Shown one piece after another: positions 1 to 10,742 of a stretch of DNA of 64,000 nucleotides (the stretch's first letter is position 1; the number at the start of each line of letters is the position of its first letter). The notes below the pieces were generated by a model that searched no databases, had not been told where the DNA came from, and was given only the letters and a program-made list of their open reading frames with translations. The position numbers and the translations under genes were made by a program. This DNA comes from Perna viridis (Eukaryota): the NCBI GenBank assembly GCA_037379345.1, contig CM074511.1, positions 8,990,001 through 9,054,000 on the forward strand, given 5' to 3'.

Positions 1-440
1 GCATAGATGTAGGGTTTTTGATCTGTTGAAATACATGGCCACATAGCCCAATTGTATTAATTGCTGAAATGATCTTCATTATAAGGCTTACAAAAGTCTG
101 CATTGAGTCAAAGTGGTTGAATGACTCCTTGTTAGAGTTGTTGCCCTTGAAAGGTGAAAAATGTTCTTTTTACAGTTTTCATTCAACCGATATCTTGAAA
201 ACTATGATAGATAGAAATAAACTTTAAATTGCTGAAGTGATCTTTATGATAATGCCTACAAAAGTGTGTGGAGATCAAAATTGTCAGACAACTCTTTGTT
301 AGAGTAATTGCCCTTATGAGTCTTCTTTGAGTCAAAATTGAAGTCTTTTTATCATCAAAATTGTGGGGTAACTCCTTGTTAGAGTTAGACTTATTGCCAT
401 TTAAAGGCAAAAATTTAACCAAGTGAGCAATTCAAACCTA
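1..440 (+). mobile_element. Degenerate 3' part of a Helentron/HINE-type non-autonomous element (same family as 28457-29345), cut by the window edge
   Basis: Shares blocks with 28930-29330 (GCATAGA..GGGTTTTTGATC..GAAATACATGGC; GAGTTGTTGCCCTTGA; TTGAGTCAAAATTG). Ends AAGTGAGCAATTCA, matching CAGGTGAGCGATTCA of the complete copy. Confidence 0.75.
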
Positions 441-520
441 TTTATATAACTGGTTAATAAAAATACTAAGTGATAGATGCTGTGCATTATTACTTGACTT
501 CTAGGCATGGTTATGAAGTG

Positions 521-720
521 CCACCTCTGGGTAGTCAGAGCCATCTCTGGGTAGTCCGAGCCAGCTCTGGGTTGTCAGAGCCATCTCTGGGTAGTCCGAG
601 CCAGCTCTGGGTTGTCAGAGCCATCTCTGGGTAGTCCGAGCCAGCTCTGGGTTGTCAGAGCCATCTCTGGGTAGTCAGAGTCAGCTCTGGGTTGTCAGAG
701 CCACCTCTGGGTTGTCAGAT
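521..720. repeat. Minisatellite, 10 x 20 bp (CCAKCTCTGGGTWGTCMGAG), alternating A/B units
   Basis: Exact 20-bp period read directly. Units at 541/581/621 are identical, as are 561/601/641. Confidence 0.97.
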
Positions 721-1974
721 TAATATTATGTTTAAGATTACCAATGAAATTCAGAGAACTTACTTCTTTATAATATTACGATAAAATGTAACTTTCAATT
801 ATCATTTGTTGTTGGTTCTACAAGAAAACCTGTCTGAAATGATGAGAATAATTTCTGCTATCTGTGAGAAATGGTTAGGCCTGATATAGGAACTGTTGGC
901 ATCTGTGATGTAATTCTTTGATAGAAAAAGGAATTTTTATATAAATATTCTTATCTGATGTCAAAAGTTAATTAATTCATGTTTATTTGAATACAGGATA
1001 ACTCTTTGTTTGATAAAATATTTTATAGAGGGAATGACATGAAATTTAATTTTAAGGTGATAAAAAGCTCTATACAACTTTGGCTTGTATTTGCCCTCTC
1101 TCTGGTATGAAACTTCCTCATACAAATATATTTGGGTAGGCTATAATCTTTTGTATGAATTTGCCTTGGTTATACATGTACAAGAAATTTTGCTTTAATA
1201 TATTATGTTAGTAATAATTTCCTAGTTGCAGAATATATTTTCTATTGAATAGTCTTTGTAATATTGATAATGTCTTTGGAATGAAATTTTAGGTTTTGTT
1301 TTTTTTTTCTCAGAAATGAAAATATAATTCATTTTGCTTTTCTTCTTCAGATAAAAACTCAATGTAATCATGGTTCAATAACAAAGTATTGCATTGGTGC
1401 TAGAGTTACTGCCCTTGGCCTACTTCTCATACCACAAGGTCATGCTAAATTCCTGTAATAGTAATATAGATATAGGGCTGTTATGATATAAGTTTTTATA
1501 ACCTTGGAAGTAATATGAAAGCTCTCTTCTCAGATGTCCACCAAGTGTTGGCTTGACTTTTGGCAACTGTGTAAATTATATTCTTATAAATAATAGTGTA
1601 TAGGCTAAGTTGGCATTAACCCTATTATTAAGTAAATTGGTCTATAGGTAATAGAGAGGCATTGTGGTAGAAATTAACCGTAAAATATACAAAGTTTTCT
1701 GTTTACTGTGGAAGATATAATCTGGTATATAATTTGTTTCTTTTGATCACCTGTTATACATATAAGTTGTTCAAAGGCTTGGGAACTAAGATGATGATTG
1801 TTTTATACAATGTTGAGAAATAAAACTTTCTGACTGTATGATAAGTTCTTAAATAAAAATTATGAAACATGTTTTTTCCATAGCATCTTAAAGTTATATA
1901 GATGAAGATCACTAAGGTTTTGAACAGTTAGTTCTTCTACTGGCACAAGGTGAATTTATTTGTGAATGAGAACA

Positions 1975-2275
1975 TTTTTTATACACCCTGCTTTGAAAGT
2001 GGGACTTATGATTATTGTGTCTGTCCACTCACCCATCCTTAGCTTTTAGTTGGAGTTTTCTCTGCAGCTTTTTATTGCAGTCATGCATATATGCCATATT
2101 GTGGGATTACAATTTCCAACTTGAGCACTTCTTGTTCCACGACTTAATTTTGTTTTATATTTTGACCATATGGTTTCTTCGATATCCTTTAGTGAATGTT
2201 GCTCACAGTTTTTCTTGTTAAGAAATGATTTGCATTTTAAGTGGAGAAATTTAACCATTATGAGCCATCAGTCCT
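1975..2275 (+). mobile_element. Degenerate HINE-like fragment
   Basis: Begins in a T-run with TTTTTATACACCC..GAAAGTGGG, then GTCTGTCC. Ends AAATTTAACCA..GAGC, like the end of the 1-440 element. Confidence 0.4.
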
Positions 2276-3715
2276 GAAATGTTCTATTTCGTATGGAATT
2301 ATTGAACCCTTGCATGGCAATTATAACTTCACCTACATCTTGTGATGTGGTTCATAGGACAGAAATCCTAAGATAGAAATATGTATTTCAAGATAGAATC
2401 ATTATTATAGAATTTCAGTTTTGTATCGTTATTATAGAATTTCAGGATTAAATTACTGGTTGTATTGTTGTATTGTAGTTTTTCAGAATTATATTGTCTT
2501 TATCTATTTCTGGTTTGTCTGATTTCTGGTTTCTGCAGCTGTTAATTGAAATAGCTGTTCAATATCTTACTATACACCTTAAAAATTGTGATAACTCAAT
2601 TTATTGTATTTCCTGCATGTTTTAAACGCTGTATAAAAAAATCTCCACCTTTGTTTCATAGCTTATGTATCTTGTTTTGACACTTGCATTATGTAAATGC
2701 ACATTTCTAAACTGATTAAGTAATCATGGGTTAGGATGACCTTTCTTGATGTAACCAAATCTTCTGTATCAGACTATTAATTGATATTAATGGCAACTTA
2801 AATGAGAGGGTAAATGAAATTCTTGCTGTTATCCTGCTTAGTAGAACAGGGAACCAGATCCATGACAAAATTCAATTTATTTTTCTTCTGATTCCTCAGC
2901 TTTAATCAAATTTTGAAATTGAAGCCAACAAATCTTGTGTTCCTTCATTAACTCTGTTCGATGAAGCTAGTGAGATAAAGAGGAAAAGCTCTCTCTGTTG
3001 TGGTTAATATTCTGTCGATTCCCTATATCAATTATCTACGTCAAATTTCCCTGAAAATGAGAATTGATACTTGGAAAATGTTTCTTCTGCCACCTTAAGT
3101 CTGTGTCGTTGTGGTAATGCCATCAGATTGTATTCTTTTTTCTGATGCTGCTTGATTTAATTTACCTCCAATCGTCTGAACAGTTTGATGCCTAGCACGT
3201 TCAGCATCTCAAAATTGTATTAGATACTAACATCAATCATTATTTGTTCAAATAAATATACAGTTTTTCTTTCAAACTAGCAAATTGGAATGTATGATAT
3301 ACTTGGTATTAGGCATTGAATGATGAAGAACAGAGGAAAATTACATGTAATGTGAAATGTTTGAGATACTACAGGGCTCAACAAAGTTATGTAAAATTAC
3401 ATAATCATATTGAAATGCATTTAAAGGACCCATAAGTACTCAGAGTAATTTTCTACTTTTTTATTTTTATTTTTGTTAAAGTAGAGCTATGATGCAACTA
3501 ATGATGGGAAACAGTAATGGTTATAGAAAAAAGTACTTGTCCTTTCTTTTTAAGTTATGCTTTTATAGGGTTATCAAGTTTGCAGTTTATCTTGGAATTT
3601 CTGTTGGTGCATGACTTTGTCATATCAGAATCAGAAACTGTATGAACTATGTTACTATGGTAACCTCCAATACCTTTACAATAAATTCAAAGTGAATACA
3701 TACTCAAATTATTAG

Positions 3716-3868
3716 GTTCTTAAATGAGTGCATAGTGAAGAGCTGGGATATCTTTCGTGAGTGTGAGAAATTTCGTTTTTTCCCGAATGGAGCATAGCGG
3801 AATATGGGAAAGACATAGAATTTCTTACACGAATGGAAGGTATCCCAGACATTCACGATTACAAGAAC
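3716..3868. mobile_element. Palindromic (foldback) element, probably a non-autonomous DNA transposon fragment that may extend to about 4350
   Basis: Arms 3743-3784 and 3806-3848 are imperfect reverse complements (CTGGGATA...TTTCCC / GGGAAA...TATCCCAG). Outer GTGAA/TTCAC and GTTCTT/AAGAAC also pair. CpG is retained locally. Confidence 0.6.
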
Positions 3869-5407
3869 ATATTTCTTTTGTTTAAGATTACTAAAACTAT
3901 ATGAATGAATGACATTGAAAAATCGAGCAAATTTATGTGCTTGTGTGAATATGTGTGTCATGTCAGTCTAAAATAAATACCTTAAAATAAAATTCTCAGT
4001 AAAATCAAATTATTGCATATTTGCTAAGAATAATTAAATAGAAATGCAATGGTGTGTGGTTCAATAGAAGAAAGTTTGGGAAGATTTTTTTTCTGAAATA
4101 TGGTACTACAATGCACTAATTCTTAGCAGAATATTTACTTTTTATTACCTCGCTTTTGATTGGTTGGCTTTGCCAGTGAAGACAGCGTTATGTGCCGCTG
4201 TCTTTGCTGGGCTGTCTTCATCAGAAATTGATCTAAAATGAAAGAAAATTTTTTCCTTCCCATGATTTCAAGGGTTTAGGATATTTGACACTCTCTAGAA
4301 GAAAAAAATCTGAATACTAGTGTAACACGATATTTGAAAAATACAAAAATAATAAGGAACTGACTTAGTGATAAAATAGTTTTTTTGTGAAGTTTGCTAC
4401 AGTTCCTTGAACAGAATTTGTTTTCTCTTAAATGACCAAGTTCAGATTTGTTTGTGTTACAGCCAAGAAAAATCCTTAAGTAGGACTCTGGATAAATTAC
4501 TGGTATATAATTATCAAATATTTATTTCATGGTTCAATCTGTTCACAATGCAAAACTATAGCAATATTTGAAATTCTCCACCCACAAATACAAACTACTT
4601 TACTTTAAGAAGACAAAATCTTCTCAGAGAGTCAATAACAATTTAATCTATGTTACAGTTTTAATTACAAAATTGTGCAAAATATATACATCTTTCATGA
4701 TAGTTCTGAAGTTAATTTCTGTAACATTTCTTTAATGGAATTAAGTTGGATTACCCTGTGATTATAAATTACTGAAGCAGACTTAACACCATTGATTTTA
4801 TAAACCTTCTTCTGTAGAAACCTGAAAAAAATCTTCCCATTAATAAAAAACATGGAAATTAAGATTAATTGTATACATTTAAATATGGGTTATTAAGTTA
4901 ATCCTTTTCCGTTCTTTAAGCTATCTCAATGTAACGATGTTTTGCCATCCATGATCACAACCATTAATTAACTTTGACAATATTGATATTCCCTACTCCA
5001 TTCCATGTACAGATCTAAGACTTGGTACTGCTGAATTCTATGTTTAAACTCCACTTTACTTCTATGTTTGTTTTAGATGTATATTTACTATTGAGATGGG
5101 CTTTGATCTTGTTAAATGCAGTGAGATGGACTGCAGATTTTGCCAGGGGATTTTAATCAGAAAGTCATTATAAAATGTTACGATTACAAGTAGGGCAGAA
5201 ATGATACTGGTACACATTCACTTTCATGTTCTTACTATATGTTTCATTTACTAAAAAATAAAAAAAAATGTGTTCTGTGATGTCTTGCCAATGAGTTGCT
5301 CAAGATTTGTAAACATGATATACATATGCATCACACAAAATTTGTAGTAGGCAATAAATGTGTTACACAAACACTTAACACTGTTTTATCAGACTGATTC
5401 TATCTCA

Positions 5408-5650
5408 CTTATTGTGCTCCAAATCTAGGAGTATACTGTTTTACCCATGTTTGTCTGTCTGTCTGTCTGTCCCTCACACTTTTTTGTAACAGGTTTCTGT
5501 GCTCATACTTGACACAGCCACTTGGTATTTTGATGCAAGCTTTGTTTAGGTATGTCATATTGTGGGAAATAATTTTGGGACTTGGCAACTTTGACAATTT
5601 CTTATCAGCAAAGTAAGTTTTGGCTTGCAATCTTTGATTTGACATTTGGA
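5408..5650 (+). mobile_element. Degenerate HINE-like fragment with (GTCT)n microsatellite
   Basis: T-rich start, short CTCC..GGAG inverted repeat, TATACTGTTTTAC, then (GTCT)4 at about 5453-5470. This is the typical HINE 5' layout. Confidence 0.5.
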
Positions 5651-8182
5651 GCTACAATCCACTGGTGTAATACATCAGACTAGTAAAACATTCATTCAAT
5701 TCTCTGAAAATTTGGTGGTTTTTTTTACAAATAGGTTGATGGAAGAGACTTTTTTCCCCCAAATTAATCTGTCGAGTGATCACACACTAGTCAAACACTG
5801 AAAAAAGGTTCTATTTAAACTTCTGTATGGGAGTTTTTCAGCCACCTCTGACCAATAATAACAAACTACTTAATGTCATCATATATGACAAATTTCTTGT
5901 ACTTAAATCAGTTTAAAAAAGCTATCATTAAAACACATTTAGTATCATCCTTGAATGACAAAACTGTCAAATTTCACTTAAATCATAGCTATTAGGATTT
6001 ATAGAACTGTCCTGTGGTCTGAGCTCTATCATTATATGCAAATTACTTGTCATGAAACAATTCGTTGGGTTATGATTAAAGTCATAAGTATGAAAATGGA
6101 CAGACATTATTTAGATAGGTTATTATTATCTTTGGTTTTTTATGGAAATTGAGATGGTGAAATGGTGATCAGGTTATTCGTCCTGAAGATTGTCTGTGTG
6201 TGGTTAACCACCTCCTAGTTCAGAGTAATGTCCCCTGAAATATTATACGACTGACAATGTACGCTTGGTCAAATGGAGCTAATTTTAGACCTGTTTTATT
6301 TTGAACAAGGATGGTAGAGTGTGTTTTTTATTTGCAGCTAATTTGTTACTTATTTGACACTTGATAACTTTCACACATAGTTAGGTATTATTTCATTTCG
6401 ACTTTTTTTGTAGTGTAACTTTTCTTACACAGGCCACTCACTGGCTGCTTCTACACATAGATTTATCATCACAAATAAGTAGAAATGTAGTTTAGATACA
6501 GTTTAGGTAGGAAACAGATTTTAGACATTATGTCAAATAATTTTCATCAAATTTGGTAATGTGATGTAGTAATATCCTTTCTTTACTATTTTATTACTTT
6601 TTATTGTGCACACTTTATCCTAGTCCATCTGAAGATCTTTGTTAATACAGTGATTTGTGTTTTGACTTAATTCCTGGTATAAGTGGATATGAAATATTGA
6701 TGTTGTACTGTCTGTCAGCCTCAAACAGGTGGTATCATCTATAATGGACTGTACATGGTTAATGAAGGAGAAGATAATCTACTGATGAGATTTCTCACCT
6801 TATAATAGATCTACATAATGACTATAGTCAGGTGTACCTTGGGTGTATGGTAGGTGAACTTCAGGTGTGTAACCAGGTGTAAAGGTCTTGACAGGTTGAT
6901 CTGATTAGGATCAATGTTGTCTTACGTTGTAGGGATGCTAGAACTGCTTCATATGTTCTATGAAATAAAGGAAATCTGATGTTGTTAATTCACACTTAGA
7001 GAAAGGGAGAAAAGAACAGTTATATATTGATTTATAAAGTGCTGAAGTCAGTGGGAGCTACCAAGGAATCTGTAGATACTAGTTTTGTCACTGTAGGCAA
7101 CTAACTAGGGTATTTTGTTGCGATCAACAGCAGTTGACTTTGTTTTGGTTTATACTATTTTCTACAATACTTTTCCTGTTCTGTGTTAAGAAAGTAGTAG
7201 AAGTTAAACAAAGAACTGCTGTATTGTCTAGGTTTTTGTCAATGACTCTCCTTGTAGCAGCATCTGATAATGATTGTCTGTATAATAGATTACAGATGAT
7301 TGAAAGCTCTAATCACTGCCCATCATAGATAAAAACTTTTATCATTCTAAGATGTGAGAATATTTTTGCTTATATAAACCTGTGTAAACAGTATGATGGT
7401 ATACCTCTAGTGCAATTATTATAGAAATGTAAAATTAGAACAATACAAGCACTGGGACGAACTTGTCATTCTAGTTCTCAAGATGTTTGAATAAAAGTTT
7501 TATTTTATTACGCGAGTTGAAAATTGTAGGAATCCATATAGACTAGGAGGTTTTTTTAATCATTCAAGAGTTTGTCTTTTCTACTCATGGCTAGACTGAT
7601 GTTTGAATGTTTGCACAGCTTTGTATAAAGTCCAATAAATTGTAATTTTCAATATGTACTTGAAATCAGTTCTCAAATTTGTTCTGCAGAAAATAGATTA
7701 AGCACTTTTTTCAATTTATAACATAATTGATGTTTAAGGATAAGTAACATAGGTGGACATGAGCTTACCTGACAGTTATATAAAATGTTGCACCTTTAAT
7801 TTATTAGCCAGGTAAATCGGAGACAGGTGTTAAAGTGTTTACTTATTTATTATAATGACTATTTCTGCAAACAAATTGAAGTAGATTTTTGTCACAGTTT
7901 ACCATACTATCCAAACAGAAACTTCTGTTCATTTTAATTTGTAGGATATTCTAATCTGAACATTAAGTTTCTACAGAAACTTGCAATTGCTTTTGGAACT
8001 TGGATTAAAAAAAAACATGTTTTCTCCTTAAAATTGTTTTTTTTTAGAATGGTAAGTTTTTTTTTATTTTCTTGAGGACGAAAATCTTTAACATGAATCA
8101 TTAACTATTGTAATACAGTTTTATCATTAAGTTTGTCTTATTACTGGAGATCTTCTTTCTTGTGAAGCTAATAATAATTGAT

Positions 8183-8335
8183 TTTAGCTCACATTGGCCG
8201 TATGTCCAAGTGAGCAATTGCTACCACTGTTTTAAAATCTACTGAGTGGATGGTAGTTTGACTTGGTCTCTAGGTATCTACTTTACAAATTGAATTGGTA
8301 ATACCAGTTAAGTCAAAAACATTGCCACCACTGCT
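8183..8335 (+). mobile_element. Degenerate 5' end of the Helentron/HINE family seen at 28457 and 34313
   Basis: TTTTAGCTCAC..TGGCC..GTCCAAGTGAGC and AAAAACATTGCCACC match TTTTAGTTCACCTGGCC..GTGAGC and AAAAACATGGCCGCC. Confidence 0.65.
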
Positions 8336-8578
8336 GTTTATACAGCAGTTATGAAGTTATCAACTCACACTTAAATCTTCATTATTATGAGAGAAACTGT
8401 CCATCTTCTCAAATCTATGATTTAGGAACAAAAGTTTGGCCAGTGTATCCTTCTTTCAATAAAGTATAAGGATTTGATGTAATGGTCTATAAAGATAAAT
8501 TTTTAAAATGTTTTTTTTTTATTTTGGAATCACTTTTTCCCTAAAATAATGAAGATCATTTATATCATGTTGTCCAGG

Positions 8579-8697
8579 ATTGGACCAAATACTGTAAAAT
8601 ACATCACAGTCCATTTCATTGGACCAAATACTGTAAAATACATCACAGTCCATTTCATTGTTATCTGTAAAATACATCACAGTCCATTTCATTGTTA
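8579..8697. repeat. Short tandem duplication, 39 bp x 2 plus a partial third copy
   Basis: ATTGGACCAAATACTGTAAAATACATCACAGTCCATTTC repeated. Confidence 0.9.
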
Positions 8698-9149
8698 TGT
8701 GTTTCCTACCTTTCAGCAGTCCTTTTCACAAAAAATCATAAGTGTGAAATTAATCCTAAGTTATGACGTCATAAAAGATCAAAATATTATACCGTCATAA
8801 CTTCAACTAATTTTACACTTATGATTTTTTTTATGAAATCGACCACTCATTCTTTACATATTCAAAATGATTTTTGGGGAGCAGCATTTCCTCAGTCATC
8901 TTGAGATATGATTGAGATTTTACACAATGTCAGAGGAACAATGAAAAACAAATGTTTTTTTTTTTATTTGAAAAGAACCATAATTTTACAAATCGTCTAC
9001 TTTTCATACCCTAGTCCCAGTCTTTAAGATTTTTTATATTTTTGAAATTTTGGATTACATTTGTCTAGAAATTGCCTCATGGTGCAGGGAACATACTTGT
9101 ACTGGTGAAACACCACTTGCAATAAAATTACAAATATGGTAAGTTAATA

Positions 9150-10742
9150 AAGAACACATGTATTACCATGGGTCATACTGAAAGTCTTCCTCTGTGATCC
9201 ACTCCTTTGTTGAAGAACGCATGTATTACCATGGGTCATACTGAAAGTTGTCCTCTGTGATCCATGCCTTGTTGAAGAACACATGTATTACCATGGGTCA
9301 TACTAAATTCTTCCTCTGTGATCCACGCCTCGTTGAAGAACACATGTATTACCATGGGTCATACTGAATTCTTCCTCTGTGATCCACGCCTTGTTGAAGA
9401 ACACATGTATTACCATGGGTCATACTAAATTCTTCCTCTGTGATCCACGCCTTGTTGAAGAACACATGTATTACCATGGGTCATACTAAATTCTTCCTCT
9501 GTGATCCACGCCTTGTTGAAGAACACATGTATTACCATGGGTCATACTAAATTCTTCCTCTGTGATCCACGCCTTGTTGAAGAACACATGTATTACCATG
9601 GGTCATACTAAATTCTTCCTCTGTGATCCATGCCTTGTTGAAGAACACATGTATTACCATGGGTCATACTAAATTCTTCCTCTGTGATCCACGCTTTGTT
9701 GAAGAACACATGTATTACCACGGGTCATACTGAAAGTCTTCCTCTGATCAATCCTTTGTTGAAGAACACATGTATTACCATGGGTCATACTGAAAGTCTT
9801 CCTCTGTGATCCACCCCTTGTTGAAGAACACATGTATTACCATTGGCTCATACTGAATTCTTCCTCTGTGATCCACCCCTTGTTGAAGAACACATGTATT
9901 ACCATGGGTCATACTGAATTCTTCCTCTGTGATCCACGCCTTGATGAAGAACACATGTATTACCATGGGTCATACTGAATTCTTCCTCTGTGAACCACCC
10001 ATTGTTGAAGAACACATGTATTACCATGGGTCATACTAAATTCTTCCTCTGTGATCCACGCCTTGTTGAAGAACACATGTATTACCATGGGTCATACTAA
10101 ATTCTTCCTCTGTGATCCACGCCTTGTTGAAGAACACATGTATTACCATGGGTCATACTAAATTCTTCCTCTGTGATCCACGCCTTGTTGAAGAACACAT
10201 GTATTACCATGGGTCATACTAAATTCTTCCTCTGTGATCCACGCCTTGTTGAAGAACACATGTATTACCATGGGTCATACTGAATTCTTCCTCTGTGATC
10301 CACCCCTTGTTGAAGAACACATGTATTACCATGGGTCATACTGAAAGTCTTCCTCTGATCCATCCCTTGTTGAAGAACACATGTATTACCATGGGTCATA
10401 CTGAATTCTTCCTCTGTGATCCACCCCTTGTTGAAGAACACATGTATTACCATTGGCTCATACTGAATTCTTCCTCTGTGATCCACCCCTTGTTGAAGAA
10501 CACATGTATTACCATGGGTCATACTGAATTCTTCCTCTGTGATCCACGCCTTGATGAAGAACACATGTATTACCATGGGTCATACTGAATTCTTCCTCTG
10601 TGAACCACCCATTGTTGAAGAACACATGTATTACCATGGGTCATACTGAATTCTTCCTCTGTGATCCACCCATTGTTGAAGAACACATGTATTACCATGG
10701 GTCATACTGAATTCTTCCTCTGATCCACCACTTGTTGAAGAA
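9150..10742. repeat. Satellite array, about 26 x 61 bp (GAAGAACACATGTATTACCATGGGTCATACTRAATTCTTCCTCTGTGATCCACSCCTTGTT)
   Basis: The 61-bp period is read directly and units are near-identical. The ORFs at 9775-10588 are by-products of the array. Confidence 0.98.

Noticed and set aside
9775-10588. ORFs 9775-9966, 10265-10576 and 10295-10588 as proteins
   Set aside because: They are translations of the 61-bp satellite cycling through frames.
9150-10742. CRISPR-like array of regularly spaced repeats
   Set aside because: There are no unique spacers. Whole units are near-identical, no cas genes are present, and the context is eukaryotic.
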